A stretch of 64,000 nt of DNA from an uncultured Pseudomonadota bacterium (GTDB lineage Bacteria > Pseudomonadota > Alphaproteobacteria > Acetobacterales > Acetobacteraceae). How positions within the stretch are numbered: the stretch's first letter is position 1; every line of letters starts with the position of its first letter. Positions 1 through 9,070 of the stretch are shown here, piece after piece. The stretch is from the NCBI GenBank assembly GCA_963745125.1, contig CAVUWB010000002.1, forward strand, positions 249,092 to 313,091, read 5' to 3'. Both the position numbers and the translations under genes were made by a program. The notes under the pieces are model-generated. The model saw nothing but the letters and a program-made list of their open reading frames with translations, made no database searches and was not told the origin of the DNA.

Positions 1-638
1 AGATACCAGTGGCCAATACCGGCGATGAGTGTCAGCGGCACGGCATGGGCGATATCCGAACCCACGATTTTGACCACGGGCAAGCGTGGATAGAGGAAAA
101 GCAGCGCGATGGTGCCGAGGGCGCCGGCGCCCACCGAGGAGATGGAGACGACGATGCCGACGATGAAGCCGACCAGGACCGTCAGCCAAATAGAGGTATG
201 AAGGCCGAAATCCGGATTGCGCTTCGTGGCGATCGCGACCACCCGGTCCTTCAGGAGCAGGGAGATCGCGCTCAGGAGAAGTGCGACGCCGAGCACGAGG
301 GAGATCAGGGACGTCACGGCTTTGCTGGTCGTGCCAAGGTGAGCGATGACGATCAGCGTGATGATCGTGGCGGGAATGGAGCCGGCGGCGAGCAAGCCGA
401 CGATGCGCCAGTCGATGGACTTGCCGGCGCTGTGGATGGTGGTACCGACGGATTTGGTCACCGAGGCGAACAGCAAATCCGTGCCGACGGCGGTTGAGGG
501 GTGAAACCCGAAGACGAGCATCAGAAGGGGCGTCATCAAGGAGCCGCCGCCGACCCCGGTCAGCCCGACGAGGATTCCCACGAGCAGCCCCGAAACGACG
601 TAGGCGAGCGACACACCCGCTAAACCGAAGCTCGTCAT
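1..638 (-). CDS. TauE/SafE (TSUP) family sulfite exporter, 3' end outside window
   Basis: Manual translation from ATG at 638: MTSFGLAGVSLAYVVSGLLVGILVGLTGVGGGSLMTPLL...AVGTDLLFASVTKSVG; G-x-GGG and AVGTDL motifs, hydrophobic. Not in the ORF track because it runs off the edge. Confidence 0.85.
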   Translation of the reverse strand, partial: MTSFGLAGVSLAYVVSGLLVGILVGLTGVGGGSLMTPLLMLVFGFHPSTAVGTDLLFASVTKSVGTTIHSAGKSIDWRIVGLLAAGSIPATIITLIVIAHLGTTSKAVTSLISLVLGVALLLSAISLLLKDRVVAIATKRNPDFGLHTSIWLTVLVGFIVGIVVSISSVGAGALGTIALLFLYPRLPVVKIVGSDIAHAVPLTLIAGIGHWY

Positions 639-654
639 AAACTTAGCCCTTCAC

Positions 655-758
655 TAGAGCCTGATGACCGGCGGTGGAAAGGACCGGAGGTCTGAATCAG
701 GCGATCAAACAATGGGATAGAGCGGGATGGTGAGCGGATGCGAACCGATCACGCTCTA
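655..758 (+). repeat. RIME-like two-hairpin miniature element (family A)
   Basis: TAGAGC(655)...AAACAA...TAGAGC(718)...GCTCTA(758); same architecture and spacing as 42509-42614. Confidence 0.7.
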
Positions 759-888
759 AACCTCAGCGGTCATACGCTGCCCGCTCGTGCAACGTCAATA
801 AACGCACGGACGATCGTGCAACTAATTTCGTTGCGCCCGGCGGCATCGCGCTCACGTCAAATTCGCTTCGTGCGCAACCCTATGATTC

Positions 889-1836
889 TTACAAGACTTC
901 TGAGTCTGATGTTTGACCTGAACCGCCGACCGAGGCGATGTCGAAGGGCGCGGTTTGGTAGATTTCGTTAATCCAGTTGCTGAAAAGCAGATGGGCATGA
1001 GCACGCCAGGCGTTGGTTGGGCGGCAGGCCGGATCATCCCCGGGGAAGTAATTCCTCGGCACGGGAATGTCCGCGCCGCCGGCCGCGTCGCGCAGATACT
1101 CGTCTTCCAGCGAGGTTGTGTCATACTCGACATGATTGAACATATGCAACATACGGTGTGAAGGGTCGTCGAGCAAACACAGGCCGGTCTCCCGGCTCTC
1201 GGCCAGAACCGTCAGCGCCGAGGAGGATGGGATGTCACGCGCCCGAACCTCTGTCCAGCGTGACACAGGAACGGCGAAATCATCGGAGAAGCCGCGCAGG
1301 TAGGGAGATGTGGGAACGAGGCTCCGGTGAGAAAAGACGCCGAAAGCCTTTCTTGGCAGGTTATACTTCGGCATTCCGTGGAAATGATGGACCGCAGCCT
1401 GAGCCGCCCAACAAAGCGTCAAGGAATGGTGAACGTTGCTTTGCGTCCAATCGAAAATGCGCCGCAACTCCTCCCAATAGCGCACGCCTTCAAATGGCAA
1501 TCGCTCGACAGGCGCCCCCGTGATAATGAAGCCGTCGAAGCGCTCCGCGCGCACATCCACCCAAGGCCGGTAGAATGACGCCATGTGGTCGGCGACCGCG
1601 TTCCGGGCGACGTGGTTCGTGACCCGGACCAGCGTCAATTCCACCTGGAGGGGCGTCGCACCGATGAGCCTGGCTAATTGCGTTTCGGTGCTGATCTTGT
1701 TCGGCATCAGGTTGAGCAAGCCGATCCGCAGCGGCCGGATGTCCTGCCGCACCGCATCGGCTTCGCGCATGACCATGACGCCTTCCGCCTCCAGCGTGCG
1801 CCGGGCGGGAAGATCGTCGGGGATCTTGATCGGCAT
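889..1836 (-). CDS. metA: Homoserine O-acyltransferase, MetA family (probably acetyltransferase)
   Basis: [11 protein letters not shown] start, [24 protein letters not shown], catalytic [24 protein letters not shown]. Confidence 0.95.
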   Translation of the reverse strand: MPIKIPDDLPARRTLEAEGVMVMREADAVRQDIRPLRIGLLNLMPNKISTETQLARLIGATPLQVELTLVRVTNHVARNAVADHMASFYRPWVDVRAERFDGFIITGAPVERLPFEGVRYWEELRRIFDWTQSNVHHSLTLCWAAQAAVHHFHGMPKYNLPRKAFGVFSHRSLVPTSPYLRGFSDDFAVPVSRWTEVRARDIPSSSALTVLAESRETGLCLLDDPSHRMLHMFNHVEYDTTSLEDEYLRDAAGGADIPVPRNYFPGDDPACRPTNAWRAHAHLLFSNWINEIYQTAPFDIASVGGSGQTSDSEVL

Positions 1837-1879
1837 AGTGACGTCGTACCCTTCGGATCGCGGGGCAGACGCAGTGGCT

Positions 1880-1985
1880 GAGATCCGTTGATTGCCGGAG
1901 CGGCCACATCCTCCTTTTCGGGAGCACCACCTTGCCCGGATCGGCAGGTTGGCGTCGGGCGTCGCCCCACTCTTGATGCTCGACG
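1880..1985 (-). ncRNA. SAM-I/IV-type riboswitch in the metA leader
   Basis: Minus strand reads GCAUCAAGAG-(P2)-GCCAACC-UGCC GAUCCG GGCA-AGGUGGU-(P4)-GAUG, then hairpin GCCG-CUC-CGGC and CGGAUC, complementary to the P3 loop GAUCCG (pseudoknot); lies directly upstream of metA. Confidence 0.85.
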
Positions 1986-2052
1986 GCTCTTATAAGGTCT
2001 TGCCTGCAGTGACAATGGGGAGGCAATGCCCCTCGGTATCGGGGGGCGTGGG

Positions 2053-2658
2053 ATGATGAACGCTGAGCTACTGCCTTTTCTGGCTTTCGCCATCGTCGCC
2101 TCCGCGACGCCTGGACCGAACAATATCATGGTCCTGGCCACCGCCGCAGCTTATGGGCTGAGGGCCACCGTGCCGCTCATTCTGGGTGTGGCACTTGGCT
2201 TCGGCTTCATGGTGGCCGTCATCGGCCTCGGCGTCGCCCGGCCCTTGGCGGCCCATGCCGCCCTGCACGAGGCCCTGCGCTGGGTCGGGGCGGCCTGGCT
2301 TCTTGTGCTCGCCTGGAAGATCGCGCGCGCCAGGCCGCCATCCAACTCCGCCGCGCCGCGGGCTGGCAGTCCGGTCGGGTTCTGGGGCGCCTGCGGCTTC
2401 CAATGGGTGAACCCCAAGGCCTGGGTGATGGCCCTGGCAACGGCGACGACCTACACCACGCCCGGGCGCGATCTAACCTTTCAGGTCTTGGTTCTGGCCG
2501 CCATCCTTATGCTCGTCAGCCTGCCCGCCGTCAGTGGCTGGGCGCTGCTGGGGGTTCACGCCCGCCGCCATATCCGGTCGCCCAGGCGGATGCGGATCTT
2601 CAATCTCGTGATGGGACTGCTGCTCGCGGCATCGGTCATCCCCGCGGTGCTCGAATAG
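2053..2658 (+). CDS. LysE/RhtB family amino-acid exporter
   Basis: TPGPNN and FQWVNPKAW motifs, about 6 hydrophobic segments; start could be 2026, 2053 or 2056. Confidence 0.9.
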   Translation: MMNAELLPFLAFAIVASATPGPNNIMVLATAAAYGLRATVPLILGVALGFGFMVAVIGLGVARPLAAHAALHEALRWVGAAWLLVLAWKIARARPPSNSAAPRAGSPVGFWGACGFQWVNPKAWVMALATATTYTTPGRDLTFQVLVLAAILMLVSLPAVSGWALLGVHARRHIRSPRRMRIFNLVMGLLLAASVIPAVLE

Positions 2659-2737
2659 TGATCACCGCCGTGGCTTGCCGGGCGGCGCGATCCCGTTTCT
2701 TCTGGTCGATGTCTCAACGGCAGATGAGTACAGCGAG

Positions 2738-3949
2738 ATGACCGAGTTGACCGAGTACCGGATCGCGGTTCCCGACCAGCGCCTCGATGCGATCCGGGAC
2801 GCCCTGGCCCGGTTCGACTGGAGCATCGTGCCGGACCTCGCCGAAGACGGGGATCCGTGGTCCGCCGGAATCTCCACCGCTTTTCTGCGTCGGGTTTGCG
2901 AGCGGTGGGCCACCGGCTTCGACTGGCGCGCGCAGGAGGCGGCCATCAACCGCTTCCCCCAAGCCATGGCCGATATCGATGGGCAGCGCATCCACCTGCT
3001 GCACGAGCGCGGCTCCGGCCCGCGGGATACGGCACTCGTGCTCACCCATGGCTGGCCGGGTTCGATTGTGGAATTCCTGGGCGTTATCGATCGCCTCGCG
3101 CATCCTGAGCGTTTCGGCGGAGAGGCGGCGGATGGCGTGGATGTGGTCGTGCCGGCTCTGCCCGGCTTCGGCTTTTCCGGCCGGCCGCGGGCGCCGATAG
3201 GCCCGCGCGCCATCGCCGCGATCTGGGACAGGCTGCTGCGGGAGCGCCTGGGCTATGAGCGCTACATCGCCCAGGGCGGCGATTGGGGTTCCATGGTCTC
3301 CGCCATGGCGGGCCTCGATCACGCGGTGGAAAAGGGCGGCGGTTGCGAGGGCATCCATCTCAACCTGCTCAGCTGCCGGGTGGACGGAGACATCGAGACT
3401 GACGAGGATCGCGCCTTCGCGGCGCGCTACGAGCCTTTTCAGCGCGACGGGCGCGCCTATGCCGAGACGCATCGCACCACGCCGCAGACATTGGGCTTTG
3501 CGATGGAGCGCAATCCGGTCGGGCAGGCGGCCTGGATCATCGACAAACTTCACGCCTGGGCGGATCTCGGCGGCCGTGAGCCCGATGCGGTATTCGGCCT
3601 GGACGAATTGATCACGAACGTCATGTTCTATGTCGCCAACGACAGTTTCACGACCTCCGCCTGGATCTACCGCGCCGCCGCCAGCGAGGTGTTGCGCGTT
3701 CTGCCGCCTGGAACCTGGATCTCCGTGCCGACAGCCTTCGCCAGCTTCCCCCGCGAACTCCGCCCGCGGCCGCCCCGGGCGCTTCTGGAGAAAACCTACA
3801 ATCTGGTCCAGTTCACCGAGCACGATCATGGAGGCCATTTCGCTGCCCTGGAACGCCCGATTGAGTTTGCAACGGATGTCGCGAACTTCGTCCGCCATAT
3901 TCGGCGTACACGGCGCGTCGTTCCGTCAACGCCCCTCCGCCGGGGGTGA
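2738..3949 (+). CDS. Epoxide hydrolase (microsomal-type alpha/beta hydrolase)
   Basis: FDWRAQEAAIN N-terminal domain, HGWPGS, QGGDWG nucleophile, GGHF catalytic His; likely ATG at 2738. Confidence 0.9.
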   Translation: MTELTEYRIAVPDQRLDAIRDALARFDWSIVPDLAEDGDPWSAGISTAFLRRVCERWATGFDWRAQEAAINRFPQAMADIDGQRIHLLHERGSGPRDTALVLTHGWPGSIVEFLGVIDRLAHPERFGGEAADGVDVVVPALPGFGFSGRPRAPIGPRAIAAIWDRLLRERLGYERYIAQGGDWGSMVSAMAGLDHAVEKGGGCEGIHLNLLSCRVDGDIETDEDRAFAARYEPFQRDGRAYAETHRTTPQTLGFAMERNPVGQAAWIIDKLHAWADLGGREPDAVFGLDELITNVMFYVANDSFTTSAWIYRAAASEVLRVLPPGTWISVPTAFASFPRELRPRPPRALLEKTYNLVQFTEHDHGGHFAALERPIEFATDVANFVRHIRRTRRVVPSTPLRRG

Positions 3950-5044
3950 CAACGCCGCCTCCTGTACGATGTCAGCGGCGAAGAGCGGCAGCTCAGCGCC
4001 GTGACCGTTGGGAGCAGGCCCAAAGTTTGACACGGTGACGCCGAGCAGGCGCACGCCTTTCGCGGTCGGAAGGATGGTTCGCACGAGGTCGATACTCGCC
4101 TGCCGAAGCTGATCATGCCGGGCGACTTCTGCCGGGAAGGTTCGGCTTCGCGTCACCTGCTGGAAGTCGGCGAATTTCGCCTTGACCGTCACGGTCCGGC
4201 CAAACGCCGTCGCTTTTTCGCACCAGGCCCAAACTTCGTCGGCCATGGCCACAACGCCCGCCTCGATCTCCGGCGCCGTTCTCAGATCATGCTCGAAGGT
4301 CGTTTCCGAGCCGGAGGATTTGCGTGGCCGGTCTGCCACCACCGGCCGATTATCCTCGCCATGGGCAATGGCGAGATACCAGCCGGCGGCCTTGCCGAAG
4401 TGCTTGCGCAGAAGCGGCAGCGATTGCGCCCGCAGATCGGCGCCTGTCGCGATACCGAGCGCCTGCATTCGGGCTGCCGTCACCGGCCCCACGCCATGAA
4501 ACTTCCCGACCGGCAATGAGGCGACGAAGTCCGGCCCCATCTCGGGCGTGATGACGAATTGGCCGTTGGGCTTCCGTCGGCCCGAGGCGAGCTTCGCCAG
4601 GAATTTGTTGTAGGAGACACCTGCCGAGGCGGTGAGGCTCGTCGCCTCGAAAATCCGCGCCCGGATTTCGCGCGCGGTGGCGGAGGCTGTCGGCAAGCCC
4701 CGGCGGTTCTCCGTCACGTCCAGATAGGCTTCATCGAGCGCGAGGGGCTCGATGAGATCCGTGTAATCCGCGAAAATCGCGTGGATCTGGCGGGAGACAG
4801 CGCGATACACCTCGAAGCGGTGGGGAACGAAGATGAGATCGGGGCATAGCCGCATCGCCGTGGTGGACGGCATGGCCGAACGCACCCCGAAAACCCTCGC
4901 CTCATAGCTTGCGGCAGCCACCACGCCCCGCTTGGCACCATAGCCCACGGCCACAGGACGGCCGCGAAGCTCGGGCTTGTCGCGCTGCTCCACGGATGCG
5001 TAGAACGCATCCATGTCAACGTGGATGATCTTCCGCATCGGCAT
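3926..5044 (-). CDS. dinB: DNA polymerase IV
   Basis: RKIIHVDMDAFYASVEQRD, ASYEAR, LALDEAYLD, NKFLAKLAS, KPNGQ. Confidence 0.95.
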   Translation of the reverse strand: MPMRKIIHVDMDAFYASVEQRDKPELRGRPVAVGYGAKRGVVAAASYEARVFGVRSAMPSTTAMRLCPDLIFVPHRFEVYRAVSRQIHAIFADYTDLIEPLALDEAYLDVTENRRGLPTASATAREIRARIFEATSLTASAGVSYNKFLAKLASGRRKPNGQFVITPEMGPDFVASLPVGKFHGVGPVTAARMQALGIATGADLRAQSLPLLRKHFGKAAGWYLAIAHGEDNRPVVADRPRKSSGSETTFEHDLRTAPEIEAGVVAMADEVWAWCEKATAFGRTVTVKAKFADFQQVTRSRTFPAEVARHDQLRQASIDLVRTILPTAKGVRLLGVTVSNFGPAPNGHGAELPLFAADIVQEAALSPPAEGR

Positions 5045-5208
5045 GGAAAGACCATAGCACGTCTGGGCGACAAATTGCAGCTGATGCGGCAAAAGCCGCT
5101 ATCCGCCGACAGGAAACCCAAGGGAGCTGGGATCGGTTTCGAGACTTGTTTCGGGTCTGTTAGTGTGCTGAATGTGAGGCTCATCTTATCTTTAAGGAGC
5201 CAGCGGGT

Positions 5209-6318
5209 TTGCCGACAGTGTCGGTTGCAATGACGACATTCAATGGTGCTCTCTATCTTGATGAGCAACTCGATAGTCTGCTTGGTCAACGGCACCTTCC
5301 CGACGAACTGGTCGTGGGCGATGATGGGTCGGAAGACGAGACGCTCGCGATACTGGAACGGTTTGCGCGGAAGGCCCGCTTTCCCGTGTTCGTCAGCAGG
5401 AATGCGGAACGCCTCGGATTCCGGGAGAATTTCATTCGCACGGCGGAGCGTTGTCGCGGTGAGCTGATCACCTTCTGCGATCAGGATGATGTTTGGCATG
5501 CCGATAACCTTTTGAAGGTGGCGACGTGCTTCGAGGATCCTGATGTGCTTCTGACCTTCCACAATGCGCGTATCGTGGATGGCTCGCGGCGCCCGGTATC
5601 CGCTTTCTTCGCGGATCCGCCGGCGCCGGCGCGGTCTTCGCATCTCACCTTGCCTGCGTGGTTCGCGACCTACGGCTTCACACAGACAATCCACCGCAGC
5701 CTTTTACCCGCGACCGCGCTTTGGCACAGCGTCAAGGATTACTTCCGGCCAGACACGGAAATGGGACATGGAGTCTTCTTTTTTCTCCTCGCCACGGGCT
5801 TGGGAACCGTCTGCTATCTGAATGAGGAGTTGGCCGAGTACCGCCTGCATGGGCGAAACACGATGGGCTCCGGAAAACGCACGCGCGCGACCAGGCTGGA
5901 GCGTTGGCACTACCGCCTGGAAAACCGCGCCGACATCTACCGCCATCTCGCGCAAGTCGCCGTGTTGAACGCCGATCTGTTCGCGGCGTTATCAAACATG
6001 ACATTGCTGTCGCCACTTCTTCGCGCGCGTGCGGTGGAGGCGGCGGAGGCTTGGAAAGTGCTGGGCCCCATCTATGCCGAGCGTACGACCTTGTGCTCCG
6101 CCCCTTTCCCTTCGCGTGTCGGGGCTTTCAGCCGGCTATGCAGAAGCGGGGCTTACAGCGAGCGTAGTTTTTGGACGTTCGGCGCGAAGGGGCTGCTGAA
6201 GGACGCCGTTCTCGGCTTGGTACTCGCAGATATCGTGCTGAAATACGGCAGGCCGCCGGCGCCCTCGGCGGACCGCACCTGCCGCCGTGGTCGGCGCAGC
6301 GTTACATCCGCTCTATAG
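5209..6318 (+). CDS. Glycosyltransferase family 2
   Basis: VSVAMTTFNG, DDGSED, FCDQDDVW (DxD), YRLHG; rhamnosyltransferase-like GT2. Confidence 0.9.
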   Translation: MPTVSVAMTTFNGALYLDEQLDSLLGQRHLPDELVVGDDGSEDETLAILERFARKARFPVFVSRNAERLGFRENFIRTAERCRGELITFCDQDDVWHADNLLKVATCFEDPDVLLTFHNARIVDGSRRPVSAFFADPPAPARSSHLTLPAWFATYGFTQTIHRSLLPATALWHSVKDYFRPDTEMGHGVFFFLLATGLGTVCYLNEELAEYRLHGRNTMGSGKRTRATRLERWHYRLENRADIYRHLAQVAVLNADLFAALSNMTLLSPLLRARAVEAAEAWKVLGPIYAERTTLCSAPFPSRVGAFSRLCRSGAYSERSFWTFGAKGLLKDAVLGLVLADIVLKYGRPPAPSADRTCRRGRRSVTSAL

Positions 6319-6377
6319 TTTTGATTAAGAACGCAATCTTCGGATCAGGTGATTGGACCTGATCCGATATTGCTCTA
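6300..6377 (-). repeat. Truncated RIME-like element (family A) between convergent genes
   Basis: Minus strand TAGAGC(6377)-hairpin CGGATCAGG/CCTGATCCG-AATCAAAAC-TAGAGC(6315); its terminal TAG is the stop codon of the flavoprotein gene. Confidence 0.65.
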
Positions 6378-7571
6378 ACGCGCGAAATGTCTCGTCAAAT
6401 GCCGTGACGTGAATTTCGCGCCCCAGGCGAAGCGTAGCAGCGGCCCGAAACTATTGGCGGCCGAAGGCCCGACGAAATACAGCTTTGGCACCGACGATTC
6501 AAAGAACCGTGACAGGCGCGGCGTGCTTTGCACCTCCGCGATCCGCGCGCGAATTGTCTCATCCAGAAATTCCAGGCGCTGAAGATCGACCTTATAGCCT
6601 GTCCCCGCGAGAATGTGGTCCGCGATGATTTCCTCCCGGTCGCCGTCGGGCTTGACGAAGGTGGCGGCGACCTTATCCCCGCGCGGTTCCGCATGCTGAA
6701 GCGCCATCTGGACGCGAATAGGAACCTTCCCTTCGACCAGCCGGCGGCTCACCCATCCCGCTGAGGGGCCGAGATGCCCGCGCGTCACCCGCAAGCGGAA
6801 ATGCTCCGGCATTCGGTGAAACACGGTCGGGAGATCGGAGGCCATGCGAGACCGCCAGCCAAGCCCGAGCCCGGACCGGGGTTTCAGAATCCTCGAATAG
6901 GCCAGCTCAAGCCCGCGCTTTTTGTCGGGTGGGTGATTGAACCAGATCTTCGGCCGCCGGGTCATGATTTCCACCTCGGCGCCCGCTTCATGCAGCAGCC
7001 CGGCTGAATCCACGGCCGATGAGCCCGCTCCCAGAACGAGGAATTTGCGCCCGGCCGGATTGGCCATCGCATGCGGCTGGGAGGTGTGGGACGCGAAACG
7101 CGGAGGCAGGTGTCGGAGTTCGGGCGGAAGATAAGCATAATGCGTGATGCCGACGGCAATGATGACATGGCGCGCGTAGATTGCCTCATCGTCGTCCAGA
7201 CGAAGCAGGAAGCCGCCCGGTTCCGCCGTGATTTTTGCGACGTGCCGGGTATCGAGGTCCGGCAGCAGGCGCTGCTGAAACTCGCGCCCATAGGCATAGA
7301 ACACTTCCACCGGTATGGGCACACCGACATCGGCATAGGCGTGGCCATGCCGCTTGCAGAAGTCCCGCAGACGATTGCGCTGATGAGGATCAAATATATC
7401 GGAGGCAAAACCCTCCGATTTGAGATACATGCCGGTCGGCATGTGGCTTTGCCACACAGCCATCGGCGAGCCAAATATTTTAAAATCAACCCCGCGACCG
7501 GAGAGATAAGCCCCGAGCGACAGGCCGTATGGCCCTGCTCCCACGATCGCGAAGTCTATCCAATTCGTCAT
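6375..7571 (-). CDS. FAD/NAD(P)-dependent oxidoreductase (two Rossmann folds)
   Basis: IVGAGPYGL, VLGAGSSAVD, AGTGYK, LYFVG motifs; start likely 7571. Confidence 0.85.
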   Translation of the reverse strand: MTNWIDFAIVGAGPYGLSLGAYLSGRGVDFKIFGSPMAVWQSHMPTGMYLKSEGFASDIFDPHQRNRLRDFCKRHGHAYADVGVPIPVEVFYAYGREFQQRLLPDLDTRHVAKITAEPGGFLLRLDDDEAIYARHVIIAVGITHYAYLPPELRHLPPRFASHTSQPHAMANPAGRKFLVLGAGSSAVDSAGLLHEAGAEVEIMTRRPKIWFNHPPDKKRGLELAYSRILKPRSGLGLGWRSRMASDLPTVFHRMPEHFRLRVTRGHLGPSAGWVSRRLVEGKVPIRVQMALQHAEPRGDKVAATFVKPDGDREEIIADHILAGTGYKVDLQRLEFLDETIRARIAEVQSTPRLSRFFESSVPKLYFVGPSAANSFGPLLRFAWGAKFTSRHLTRHFAR

Positions 7572-7709
7572 TATATCGATTACCCGCGTTCTACCCTTCA
7601 AAAGTCACAGCCCGTCATGTTACCACTATTTTCATGATCCGCTTGTTCAGGCACAGAGTGTTGCAAACGCCCGCCCTGGATCACCTTCCGGAAGGTCTCT
7701 CACTGCGGA

Positions 7710-9068
7710 ATGGCTAGCCTTAAAATCCTCATAGTGGCGACAACATGGTGGCCGTCGGCGGCCTATCTAGCCATGGCATTCGATCGAGCCGGCGCAACCG
7801 TATATAGTCTCACCCCGACCGGCAATCCAGTTCGCAAGCTCAACTTCGTGAAGGGCGTGCTGACCTACTCCGCGCGCGATCCGGTTAAATCATTAGTGGC
7901 AGCCACTACAACTTTTGAGCCATCAATGATTATCCCGATGGATGATCGGGCGGTGAGCCATATCCATTTGCTCTATTCGCGATGCGAAGCCTTGAGCCCG
8001 GATCTCGCGCGGACTATTCGATCCGTGATTGAGCGGTCGCTCGGCTTGGCCGCCGGCTACGGGATTAGCGGAACGCGCCATCCGTTTTTGGAGGCGATGC
8101 GGGGCAGGGGCATCATCACGCCCCCTGGCGCGGAACTGCTGTCCGTGAGGGACGTGAGGGCCTGGTGTGCCTCGCAGCCGCCGCCTTGGGTGATCAAGGC
8201 GGAAGGCAGTTGGGGTGGCTCCGGGGTTCTGATCGTGGAGACCGTGGCGGAGGCTGAGAAGGCGTATGAGGAGCTATCCGCGCCTCTCGCGTTTCATAAG
8301 GCGCTCCGCTTCCTGCTCGTCGATCGCGACCCCTTCACGCTGGCGCGATTTCTCCGGCGGAAGCAACGGAATGTGATGGCGCAAGCCCATATCCGAGGCA
8401 CGCAAGTAACCTGCATGGCCGCCAGTTCGGAAGGGCGGCTTCTGGGCATCGTCATCGCCGAGGTCCTTTCAACGCAAGGCCGGGTGGGGGCTTCGACTTT
8501 CTTGCGTTTGACCGATAACCCGGACATTGAAGCGGCCGCTTCGGTCGTGGCGAACCATCTCGGTCTCTCGGGGTTTTTCGGGCTCGACTTCATCATGGAA
8601 GACGAAACAGGCCGCTGCCTGTTGATCGAGATGAACCCCCGGGCGACGCAGTTGGGTCATATACGCCTCCAAGGCGCTGATCTGGCAACGCGACTGTGCG
8701 CGGCCACGGGTATGGATGTTTCGGCATCGGATCGTCTGCCGGATCATTCGGAGCTGATCGCGGTTTTCCCCCAATGCCTCCGGTTTGCCGAAAGCGCCGG
8801 GGGCGACTGGGAATTCGCGCATGAGGACATTCCCTGGAGCCAGCCGGATCTGGTGCGGGAATTGCTGCGCCTCCCCTGGACCAGGCGCGGTCTTCTGGCA
8901 AGGCTGGAAGCGCTCATTCGCCGCAATGAGGCCTTCGGATCGGCGATCGAGCCGCGCCGTATTCGCGAGATCCACGCGGAGCTTGAGCGGCGGCACCGGC
9001 AAGCCGCGTTGCCGGATCAATCAGCCTCGGCGGCTCAGGGGCGTGCTGCGGTCGATCTCAAGCGGTAG
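7710..9068 (+). CDS. ATP-grasp domain protein
   Basis: PWVIKAEGSWGGSGV loop, QAHIRG, SGFFGLDF, LIEMNPR (E-x-N-x-R). Confidence 0.85.
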   Translation: MASLKILIVATTWWPSAAYLAMAFDRAGATVYSLTPTGNPVRKLNFVKGVLTYSARDPVKSLVAATTTFEPSMIIPMDDRAVSHIHLLYSRCEALSPDLARTIRSVIERSLGLAAGYGISGTRHPFLEAMRGRGIITPPGAELLSVRDVRAWCASQPPPWVIKAEGSWGGSGVLIVETVAEAEKAYEELSAPLAFHKALRFLLVDRDPFTLARFLRRKQRNVMAQAHIRGTQVTCMAASSEGRLLGIVIAEVLSTQGRVGASTFLRLTDNPDIEAAASVVANHLGLSGFFGLDFIMEDETGRCLLIEMNPRATQLGHIRLQGADLATRLCAATGMDVSASDRLPDHSELIAVFPQCLRFAESAGGDWEFAHEDIPWSQPDLVRELLRLPWTRRGLLARLEALIRRNEAFGSAIEPRRIREIHAELERRHRQAALPDQSASAAQGRAAVDLKR

Positions 9069-9070
9069 GT

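Noticed and set aside
5045-5208. LexA box upstream of dinB
   Set aside because: Closest match (GTTTC-GAGACTT-GTTTC) has wrong half-sites and spacing for GTTC-N7-GTTC.
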